The notes beneath the pieces were generated by a model, which saw only the letters and a list, made by a program, of their open reading frames with translations, was not told where the DNA came from and ran no database searches. A DNA stretch of 64,000 bases from Phallusia mammillata (Eukaryota), in NCBI GenBank assembly GCA_965637545.1, contig OZ281495.1, positions 24,304,001 to 24,368,000 of the forward strand, in the 5' to 3' direction. The translations under genes and the position numbers were made by a program. The stretch's first letter is position 1. Every line of letters begins with the position of its first letter. This document shows, piece by piece, positions 1 through 11,800 of the stretch.

Positions 1-217
1 TTCCCTTTTAACATAAACGAAGTGAAAGCATACTGAAGTTTCTTGCGCCACTGAGTTACAACAGTATCAAAACACCATTTCTCGTAAATATTGTTCTTTG
101 TGTGGTTTGTGCAAAGGGAATGTTGTTGCACTCAATGATGTAGCTCCCACTAGTGTCAAAAATAAATGCTTGTATCTTCCACTGAAAACGCTGCAGGGAA
201 GGACTTGCCCTCGAATA

Positions 218-650
218 ATAAACAACAGGACAGAAAGTAGGCCGAATGGTTCGAGGCGCCTGACCCATATACAGACATACAAAATCCTGATGGGGATTCG
301 TCCTCGGGATGGTCCTTGGTTCAAACCCCGTAAAAAATTATACATCTAAATTATAAACAGCGGAAAACTGGGCCCAACGGTACAAGACGCCTGATTCTAG
401 ACATTAAAAAAGCCTGATCGGGGATTATCTCCAGGAGCGACCTGGGTTCGAACCCCGTAAAAATGTATACATATAAAATATAAACAGGAGAAAACTGGGC
501 CCAACGATACGCCTGGTTCTAGACATTGACAAAATCCTGATCGGGGATTATCCTCAGGAGTGGCCTGGATTCGAACCCCGTGAAAAAAGATAATAAACAA
601 CAGGGCAGAAACTTGACCGAACCGTCTGAAGTGCGTGACACATTACGAGA
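218..650 (+). repeat. Tandem array of ~115-135-bp diverged tRNA-derived units (about 3.5 copies)
   Basis: Units start ATAAACA at ~218, 352, 480 and 593. The three full units have CCTGAT(C/G)GGGGATT...GGTTC(G/A)AACCCCG (one unit GATTCGAACCCCG; B-box GGTTCGAACCC at 445-455). Unit 1 has an A-box/D-arm-like TAGGCCGAATGGTTCGAGGCGCCTGAC resembling tRNA-Leu/Ser. Confidence 0.75.
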
Positions 651-2516
651 CTTAAAAAATATATTTTTACAATTTTGCTCACACTTTGATCACAAGCAGC
701 AAACACTCGAACCATAGTCTTTCTAAAAGCAAGTTTGAATTTAAACACGAATGTTTTTTGTGCTTACACAACCAAGTACTCAAAAGTTCATTGTGTTTTA
801 AAAATAATAATAAGATCGTTGGAATACACAAGTTGGGAAATGTTTATTTCCAGGTTAAAATCAGTTGATAATATTTTAAAGAACAAATACAGTATATTTC
901 GCTAAAGAAGCATCTCCGGAATCTATAAAGGGCAATAAAAGTGGATTAAATTAGATCGTTGGATTACTGCATTATGTGACGATCTGATTTGGAATTTTGA
1001 TGAATAATAACGACTTTCGCTATGTTAGGCGTATTATACGAACTAAATGATGCTATTCTGGCAGATATGTTGTTTGTACGAACGTTCAAACGTCCTTTTT
1101 TGATGATTAAGTTTGCAACGTGGTACAATGTATGACAACTCATAAACGTTTTATGATTGAACATGGAATTTTTAAAGGATTAAAAAATTCGTCGAACCGC
1201 AAACAATTACTGGATATGGAAATCGCACGGGCTAATCGCAATGTCATGTTATCCATCTTTCCTGTGACACAGAATGCGCGATACAGTGACGTCACGGGCC
1301 ACCCCTCGGGCGCAAGGCCCGTTTGGGATTCGCTGTGACGAGGCTGTAATTTATTCTCGGCAGCATTTTCGTTCGCATGCCGCGTCCGAGGGTTGGTTCT
1401 GTGACTCAGAAAATGAGATGTCAATAATGTGACAGAGCACGTAGGGCAAGTTGATTGGTTTGTGTTGTACATAAAACGCTTGGTTGAATTTGGTTTTGAA
1501 TTATGTCTGCTTTTAACTTTATACCCACTGTTTACATATGTTTTTGATTGACCATACCAACGATATAGAGAATTGTTGAAAATTTCTGTTTGTTTTAAGT
1601 TTAAATTCGCAAAGCATAATGTTTTGCCGTTTCGCGATAACACACATATGACCGTTTGGAGAATGTAATTTCACAATGAATTTGAATCATTTTGTTTGGG
1701 TCGGCCTTTACGCTGGGTTTTCGAATTCTGCTGATATAAAAATACGGTTATCGCAGGCAATGCTCCTGTTACGGGATTTGGTTTCAGTCTAGACTATATC
1801 TCTACTTATTCGCAAGTTATAATAGTGTAAGCTTGCATTGAAAATTTGCGTGTTGGATAGATAATACGATTTTGTAACCTTTCTACAAAAATACAAAGTG
1901 TTTTGAAGATCATGCCATATAAATCAAATGTCAAAGTGAACTATCATTAACATTTCCTAACAACTCACGAGCCCATAAGCGGGAAAATCCTTCAAATTAT
2001 TTCTGAAACGTGATTCAGAATCGGCAAAATTCCCCTTCCGCGAAAACCGCAAACAAACAAATCGTTTTTTTGTTGCAGACTGAATAAAAAAAGTATGGTT
2101 GTGTAAACTACTTGCAAATTGAAGGGGTTCTGTTTAAATTGTACATTGGGGTTATTCTGCAATCCAGCAGTGCGTACTTTTGCAAAGTAAAAAAATAACC
2201 CCGACAAAACTCTGTACAGTGATAACAGCATTTAGTTTGACAGTGATTTAGACATTTTCCAAAATTTTCAATCTCTGACACTTGTTCCTAACCATGGGAA
2301 ATAAGAAACCGTTTTTCTCTGTCGAAAAACAACAGAAATGATAATGAAGGTTTTATGGCGACTGCTTGCGGCATTGAAAAATGTATTCCGGGAATAAGCC
2401 TTGCAAGTGAGTGGTGATAATTGTAACATAACCGAGGCGCAAAACACTGCAATTGACCAAACTCACCTAATAGCGCCTTTGACGTGACCCACAAGGCTAA
2501 CGAATTAATTGGCAAG

Positions 2517-2716
2517 TGACGTCAGTACGTGCGTCACCAGAGCAAAATCTGTACTCGGTTAAGAGTCGGTGATGCTTCGCTGTGGACTTCTTCGTAAAAT
2601 GACGCGCAAGGACTTGTTGCCAACCAATGGCCCCAGGCGACCGATCGGAACCAAACCAACCGATACGATTGTTGTTCTCCAGTCTGTCGCCATACCGCGG
2701 GATTTCAATTATAAAA
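2517..2716 (+). promoter_or_regulatory. Proximal promoter of protease gene 1 (CRE, CCAAT, TATA)
   Basis: TGACGTCA at 2517-2524, CCAAT at ~2625, TATAAAA at 2710-2716, about 145 bp upstream of the ATG at 2858. Confidence 0.55.
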
Positions 2717-2857
2717 GTTTGTAGAGCAAAAAGTTTTGTTAGTGTGCAGGTTTCTTTACTGCTACTGAGCTTAATAAAAAACTGAACAGGTTGAGGAAAC
2801 CATTAGGACTATCGGATTTAGGAAATTTATAGTCTTTCACAAATGCGTGGAAATTAA

Positions 2858-5800
2858 ATGGCGACAATATTAGACAAATGGTAAGGGAAATAAAATTTGT
2901 GCAGTTATTGCAATGTTTCTTCGGTTTATCAATGAAACATATTTCTGCAGGGCCATCTTGGCGTTTCTGGTTTTTATTCTTCATTCTACTATTGTCAAAT
3001 CGCAAGTCCAGCAAGGTTAGGATTCGATTTTTATAATTCAGTAGCTTGTAAAAACAACATAATCATTTTGTTTTTCTGGAAATAATTCCGTTTTTCGTTT
3101 GGTCGGAAATGGCTTATAAGTACTTCTCGGCGTCCCAACAAATTTGGCTTATTTAAGGATTTCACAATTGGTTAACTGTTTATAGGGAAACGCTAAAATG
3201 TATGGGAAACTAATAGCAGTGTATGTTTTGCAGAATGTACGGAGCTGGCATGGTGCGGCCAGTTTAAGCATCTTTGCACACAAGACACCTTCAAGGTACA
3301 GATGCAAAGCGGATGTCCAATCACATGTGGCACCTGTCCATTTACAAAATCCGTGGACCGTAAGTACATTATGCAAGCAACTGGAATTTGATTTTATGTT
3401 ATTTCAAACCCTTGAGAGAGAGACATTTCCTCGTCGTAGATGCCACCTTGCCATTTGCCGCTTAAACCTAATTGTCTCTTTTCAATGTCGTTTTTTCACA
3501 GTCCCCAAATCCATCTTTCTTCTGTTTATTTACTGAGGACGGCAAAATGTGCATAACGAGACGTATATAAAAAACAATAACGTGTTGTTTTCTTTTGAAA
3601 TACCAATCAGCACGATGATAGTAAATTAAATAATAATAACTTAGTTTATAGTGGCTTTTATCAATAGAGTTGTAAAATATTTGCTGCATATGTCCTTAGC
3701 TCGTCTAGATGTACACAACGGTGGGATTCAATTTTTGTCAGTCGGTTCTTTCACAAAAGTTCTGTTATAAAAGTCCATTGACAGTAACCAGTAATGCTAA
3801 CCGGTTCGCTGATCTCATAAAATTGCATGGGATGGTTCAATAGAACCGGTGCGACATGGCTGAATTCCACCACTGGATATACACCATTATACTTTTTTGA
3901 AATTCAATTTCATTGCCTTACAGCCAGGTGTGTAACAAACAACGGTGGATGTCAGCATAAGTGTCAAATCGTCAACGAAACAAAAGAATGCTCGTGTTTT
4001 GCGGGTTTCGAGCTGCAGTTGGACGGGATTTCGTGCAGTGACATTAATGAATGCTCTGGAGACAATCCATGCACTGATATCCAGCATCCCTACTGTGTCA
4101 ACCAGAGAGGCAGCTACTTCTGTTCAAGGGAAAATTGCGCCGTCACACAGGGCTTTTTGAACCGCTACCAAAGTGAAAAGTGCTGTAGGTCATCGCCGAC
4201 AAGTAAGTGTTTCAGGCTGCTTTTAAGAATTGGACAAAATCTGTGAACTGTCTATGACTATTAGGAAGTTTGTAGGAGACAAATAGGACCAAAATCGAGG
4301 ACTTACGTTAAACAATGTTGTTGCAGCGGAATGATTACGATGTAGGTTTCGGGTTGAATTCATTTGAATTTGTTTTAGAGTCAACGACCTCACATTCGCA
4401 TGTTGGTTTAATAAAGTAAATGTACAGACAAGAATCAAAGTATAGTTAAATTTTTCATGTCAGCTGAAAATACAAGAACAAAACCATTGCTGAACATATT
4501 GCTGTACAAAAACGACCATTTCACTTTCGTGCAGGCCTTAAAACAATTTGTTTGTCTTGACACAGATTACACGTGTGGAAGAGACAGATTTACCAATGAT
4601 GATAGGATCGTCGGTGGAGTGAATGCCGTCGCTGGAAGGTGGCCATGGCAGGTATGTGTCCAACCAGTTAATTTAGGCGGCTGATTAGACAAATGTACCG
4701 CCAACAACACGCACTTCTGTGGCAAATAAATTCGATCATTTCATGTTGGCCGTAAAAGTTTGTGTCTCGAGGCTAGTTTGGTGAAATCTGAAGGTTAGGT
4801 TTACGTAGAAATGCTATATTTGCGTTTTAGGGCCTGGGGGTACGCCTTAAACGAAATTAATTTCAGTAACAACCTAACATCATGTGTTTACATGTGCTAG
4901 GGACAGCTGTAAAGGGCTGTTTTCCGATTTAATTTGGTTAATTATAAAAACATACCGACTTTCAGACAACAAATTGCATGTTTGCATGGCACACATGTTC
5001 CAATTTTCGATGAAACCCGTCATAAGCAACTTTGTTTCTATTTCTGTAGGCTTACATCTTAATTGACGGCGGCACGTTGTGTGGAGGAACGTTGATTGAT
5101 GCCAATTGGGTACTAACCGCTGGACATTGCTTTCTGTAAGTGTTAGTTACTAGTGTACCAAGATGTCTGGACAACAGCTCATAACGTAATAAGTTTTCCT
5201 GATCAAAGCAAAAATATACGTCACAAATTGGGTTTGTACAAAAACCGTGTTGTGATTCATACCGGTATTAAAATTGCTTCAGATGCCCGAAAATGAAGAA
5301 ATTAATTTGACATTTAAAAACCGGTTTAAATATCGGATTTGACCCGTTAATTTTACTCAATTACATAAAAAACAAAACATATGCTTATTTTTGGAGAGTG
5401 CGCTACTGTGTAAGCTAGGAGATAATTGTCTTTGTTTATATGCCTATTTGTGGATATATGTGTTATTCGGTGAAGGCATTTCTGGATTTATTTATTTTCT
5501 GCTCACACAGAAAAGCAACTAACCGGTCAGTCATCAAAGTTTCGTTTGGGGTTGTGGAACCAAAAGCGCGGGAGACGCACGTACAAAAACGCGACGGGGT
5601 AGAGGTATGTGGCAAAATCGCATGCTCAGAACTTAAAGTTGTTAAACTTAATTTATGTGCAACAAGTATTTAACGATCACTTTTGCTCCATTGTGTAGGT
5701 TGTTTTCTACCCTGATTGGAAAAGAGAAACATTTCCGTACAACGACGTTGCTCTCATCCGTTTAAGTCATCCCGTAGAATATGGCGAGTTTGCCCATCCC

Positions 5801-8800
5801 GCATGCCTGCCGAATGGGGAAAAACCCACAGTGGGAACACAGTGCTGGGCTGTGGGATACGGGACAGTTGGTACGTATTCAAAATAAATTTTCTACAGAT
5901 AGCTGTAGTCTAACCCAAATTGAGACTACACGTGCTGCATGATTGGACCGAGACTACACATGTGTACGCATTAAGTAAATTGATACGGTAGTTTACTGTG
6001 TCGCAGGAATTAAGTAATTTAAAGCACCCATTAAAGTGGTTTTGTACTGACAGAATACAGAGGCAAAGCCGCCGAATCTCTGCAAGAGGTCGATCTTCCC
6101 GTCGTGAGCTCAAGTACCTGCTCGCCGGTTTACGCTAAGACACAATATCCAGTGGATGAAAACATCATGTTTTGCGCAGGACATAAAAGTGGTGGAAAGG
6201 ACGCTTGTCAGGGTACGTGCACAGTAATAAAGTTATAAGATGTACTGTAATAACTCACTTCCCTAAATTTGCGTATGCCATTAACTGAACATGTGGTAGC
6301 AATAAATATGAATTACTCTTCTAGCAGTTTTTATTATGCTGGAACAGCAATATTCATTTATACATTATTCCTGACAGCAATGGCTTATTAATGGGGTAGC
6401 AATTTTTAAAAATACATAAATTGGTTGAATACAAACGCTTCTTTATAACCAGGGGATTCCGGAGGCGGTTTATTCTGCCAACGTTGCGATTCCTGTCAGT
6501 GGTACGTCGCCGGCATAGTATCATTCGGAAAAGGATGTGCTCGACCAGATGTATATGGGGTTTACACCAACGTTGAGCACTTTGAAAGCTGGATTAGCGA
6601 ACACACGCAAATACCCATCAACAAAAACAAGCGCTGCGGTACACAACCTAGTAAGTTATATACATTTGCCAACCTTTAGATTTTTCAACCTTGCATGTCT
6701 TGAACTATTTTGGCTTCAGAACATTTACCTTAAACCAGTGGTGGGATTCAGCCGGTTCGCACCGGTTCCATAGAACCGTCTCATGAAATTTTATGAGATC
6801 AGCGAACCGGTTAGCATTACTGGTTACTGTCAATTGATTTGTTTGTAACAGAACCGGCTGAAAAATATGACTTTTGTGATAGAACCGGCTGATAAAAAAT
6901 TTGAAGCCCGCCATTGCCTAAAACGCATATAAGTCGTAAGGTCGTTGCCTTGCGGACTCATTGCAGTGTTGAGTTGGACACATTGACCTGACGCATGTGT
7001 TTTGTTTCAAGCCGCCGTCTGGGACTCGTGGAGCAATTGGTCGGACTGTTCGATTACGTGCGGAGGAGGGGCCCAATCACAATCGCGCAGATGTCTGAAT
7101 GGGGAAGTTGGAACTGGGCAGTGTATTGGAAACACAACACGATCTCGGGCATGTGCAAGTGAAGACTGTCCAGGTATAATGAATGTTATTATCTTAAACG
7201 TCGGTTTCTGTTTGTTTTTTGTTAACCAACAGAATAACTTTAATAAAATTCTGAGCCTATGTCGTTTAAATGAGTTTGGTTCTGTGTTACTTGTCCTTTT
7301 ATTAACTTACATATTTGTTTGCTTAGTATGGGGTGACTTCGGGTCGTGGACGAGCTGTAGCACTTCGTGTGGTGGAGGTCAAAGGAATCAAACTCGTCAG
7401 TGTATCGGTGGAACCCCGGGACAAAACGGGTGCGAAGGCAGCGATATTGTCATTGAGAATTGTAACAATCACCCATGTCCTGTGTGGCGACCATGGGGTG
7501 AGTGGTCAAGTTGTCCAGTGACTTGCGGAGGTGGAAAACAGCGCGCAGATCGAACTTGTAACATTGGTGGAGTTCCGGGTTCCTCGTGTTCTGGAAGAGA
7601 CTTCAGGCAACGGGATTGCAACGCGCAAGCCTGTCCGGGTAGGTTTTATTCTCAAGAACACACTTTCTGCGATGTTGATATAAATTGTCTTGCTCGCATT
7701 GGCCTAAAAGCTTCCACCAGGAAAATCCATCCTGGCAGTTAGTGATTGCCGTAATGCAAACCGTATTGTCTGCAAGACGTATGATTAAGACTAAAACCAG
7801 ATACCTCATGTCTGCTGCACCACACTTACACGCAAAATACTCGTTTTAGTTTGAGAAAAATTACCATGGATGTAGAAACTCGCCTGTTTCAATTAAGAAA
7901 AACTTGTGAATCTGTGTTACCAGTAAAAAAACGCCATAAGCTGGATATTTGTTACCGAAACAACCGCTTGCGTGTTAGTTCGTCCTATTTGAAACAAGTC
8001 ATATTTTGAATTGGTATACTTCTTTGGTGTCTAACGAACCTGTAACTTTTGTAATTTAGTATGGAGTGAATTTGGATCGTGGACGAGCTGTAGCGCTTCG
8101 TGTGGTGGAGGCCAAAGGAACCAAACACGTGAGTGCATCAATGGAAATCCTGGTCAAATCGGATGTGAAGGCAGCGATATTGTCATTGAAAATTGTAACG
8201 TTCACCCGTGTCCTGTGTGGCGACCATGGGGCGAGTGGTCAAGTTGTCCAGTAACTTGTGGAGGCGGAAAACAGCGCGCAGAACGAACTTGTAACAATGG
8301 TGGAGTTCCGGGGGCCTCGTGTTCTGGAAGAGACTTTAAACAAAGGAATTGCAACACACAAGCCTGTCCGGGTAAGATATGTTTGATTTTGAAAAGTACT
8401 TTTGTATTAAAAACAGGTGACAGATATAAATTCTATACTTTGATCTACTATTATAATCCCAATTGATTGCATGGCCCGGTTGACGTATTCAATTAACAAC
8501 AGTAACATAGTATATGATTACGCTATATGGTTATGTATTTTTCCAATTTAAACATTGTAAGTGCAAAAAGGCAGAGTGAAAAATTAAAAAATCCTGACAC
8601 GCGGTATTTCCAAAGTCTTTTTCATTAGTTTCTTTTGAAGCAAAAACGTAATATTTAAAAGATGTATAATTCACAATTTCTTTTGTAGTGTGGGGACCGT
8701 GGGAAAACTGGGCAACCTGCACAAAGACATGTGGGGGCGGCAGAACGAGCAGAAGTCGCGAATGTCAACATGGTCAAGCTGGTGATGTTGGTTGTCACTT

Positions 8801-11800
8801 GGGTAGTAATCGACAGGAAAAGGTAAGTTGGGTTTTGTCGTATTATCAAGTCATGCAACAGTACCGCGAGCAGATTGAATTACAGATACAACTACAACAA
8901 AGAATTGTTTGCTTTTGTTGAGCGAAATATGTAAAGTCCAATATATCTAGAAAAAATGCGTTTGGGACTTTACTGCTACCTCTAGAGGTTGAGCTTTTTC
9001 TCATGATTGCGAGAACAACCTGAAAAAATAACATTCTAAAGCTACTAATTTGTTTGAATTTAGTAAGACGGTTAGTATACTTGGAGCGTGGTGGCGTACA
9101 GTAGAACATTGCGTACGCATTATGATACAGGTGTAAACACTATACTTTCACGACAATTTTGTCGTTATTGAACCAACCATTAAAAATGTTAACTTACAGG
9201 ATTGCAACGTGGTAGAATGCGGAACTTGGGACGCCTGGTCACCGTGGAGCCAATGCTCTGTTACGTGTGGTGGTTCGGTGCAAGGGTCAACTCGCCAATG
9301 TGTTGGTGGCACAGCGGGTGAAGGAGGTTGCACTGGAAATGCTGACCGAGAACGCAACTGTCAAACCCAACCCTGTCCATGTACGTTTCAAGGTGTGGGT
9401 TTGTCACACCGAGAATAAGTTTAACATAAAGTGTTGCTTAGCTTGGACAAGATGGACCAGATTTGCCGACTGTCCAGTCACGTGCGGTGGAGGAAACAGA
9501 AGAAGAACGAGGACGTGCGAAAACGGTTCCCCTGGCGATATAGGATGTGAAGGCGAAAGTGAAACGATCATTGTAAGTCGAACAAACCGATTTCGACCAA
9601 AACTTGATATAATATAGGTTTACTTGTGTGATTTAGGTGTGCAACAGCCAGGCTTGTCCAATCTGGACTGACTGGACTCCCTGGCCGGCCTGTAGCCTTT
9701 CATGTGGGAGCGGAACAAGATCTTCTGAGCGAACTTGCAACTTTGGAATACCTGGAGATATAGGATGCGAGGGCTCAGCAACAAGAAGTGAAGACTGCAA
9801 TACTCAAGAATGTCCACGTATGACAAAAGTTTTCAATTATTACTACAGCACAAATATATTTGGTGCTATACCTGTGGTTGTTTCCAGTCCGTATCTTTTG
9901 TTCTGTAGACGTTTCCTAGAGGTGGTTTGAAATCATACGCCAATAAGCCTACACAATTGAAAAGCCGTTTGTTGTAGGATTATCAGTTAGTGATTCCTAT
10001 ACCAACCTGATATGTATGTTTTGCAGGATGGGGTGAGTATGGTCCCTGGAGCGACTGTACCAAGTCGTGCGGCGGTGGAACCACAACAAGATCACGTGAA
10101 TGCATGCACGGGTCGCCTGGTGACATAGGATGTCATTTGGGAACAAGCAGTGAAGAAATGGTAAGCACACAAGCAAGTCGCCGGATTTTACTTTAACCTT
10201 GTCAGTAATCTAAAACTTGACATTTGTACAGGATTGTGAAGTGCAATTGTGCCCCACTTGGTCAGCCTGGTCACCCTGGTCGGATTGTTCCAAAACCTGT
10301 TCAGAAGGCGAGAGATCAAGGTCACGCAGTTGCGAAAACGGTGTATCTGCGGCTGACTGTCCCGGACTAGCAACCGAGTCAGAAACTTGTACAGTTAAAG
10401 ACTGTCCGCGTAAGTGAGACACAGTAGCCTAAAATGTAACACTTGTTAGAATACTATATTTAAACGTTTTGCGTGCAGCCGAGTATTCGAACTGGACGTC
10501 TTGGGGAACTTGTACTAAAACGTGTGGAGGTGGAACGCAGAATCGGATGCGAACTTGTTTACAGTATTGCAGTAAAGACGACGAGCAGTCACGGTCGTGT
10601 AGTGATACACCATGTCCAGGTAAATATTTATTTTGCTTTAAGTCAGAAACGTCTATGTATTAGGTTTGTAAAATTAGTAAAAATAGTGGTCACTTTTAAA
10701 TATGAACACAAAGCACTAAAACTGAAATCAAGTATACGTGAGCCATAATTAAACAATCCTCAACAAGTAAAACGTTATATTTTGTCTTCACAATTTTAAC
10801 CTAAAGTAAAATATAAAATAATCCCTTCATTTGCTACATTTAGTACTGGGACAGTGGACGAACTGGGGCGCGTGTTCAGAAACTTGTGGAGCAGGAACAA
10901 AACAGCGTACGAGAGAATGCACTGGCACTAACAACCCGACTCACTGCCAAGCTGAACTGTCAGAATCGATGGACTGTTTCCCTGCTTGTATGAGCCAATG
11001 GACTGCATACGGTGAATGCTCTCGCACATGTGGTGTGGATGGACAGCAAACTCGCACGCGTACGTGCATATCAAAACTAAATGTAAGTACACAGCTGTAC
11101 AAGCTAAAAACCTGCATTTTATATGCAGTGTAATAAAAGTGTAAAAAAAACTCAAATGCTTAATACCTAAAACAGGTTTACAATTGTTTCAACTCTAAGC
11201 ACAATTAAACGATAGTTTGTTTCCTTGTGCCGTTTGTAAGTATTTGCATTTTCTTTGTGAATGTCAGGACAACTCGGAATGCAGTGGTCCTTTTGAAGAG
11301 ACGAAGTCGTGTGGAGAACCCTGTCCTTCCAGCTGGGGAGCCTGGAGCTCTTGGACTTCATGCTCACATTGTATGGCTAGTTGCTTTTTTCCAATCAGCA
11401 ATGTAAAGTAAAGTTTATCCCACTATTTTTATTAAGCGTGTAACGGAGGTTCAAGAACACGCGCTAGAAGATGTAACGGTGGACCAGTCGGGGTTGGAGG
11501 TTGTGCGCCAGCGACCCGAGCCACAGATACGGGACTTTGCAATCCCACACCATGCCAAGATGAAGGTAGGCCGCTGAGAATTGATATTTGCGTTTAACAC
11601 AATCTCATGCGTGTTAAATTTAACAGTGTGTGTGGATTTATATGCGGGTTGTCAGTCGTGGATTATCACTTTCACCGGCCTTTGCATTAATCCGTTGCCA
11701 TTTACGAAGGAGAACTGCAAAGCAACTTGCAATTTTTGTGGTGAGTCCCAAACTTGTTTGCCAGTCGATCTGTGAAAACAGCAGTGTGATATTTAAAGGC

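Noticed and set aside
1295-1335. Possible HDV-like ribozyme (GCC-ACCCCTCG-GGC)
   Set aside because: No P1/P2 partners or J4/2 motif could be found.
1140-1643. 167-aa minus-strand ORF
   Set aside because: No recognisable domain or splice context; lies in the upstream regulatory region of gene 1.
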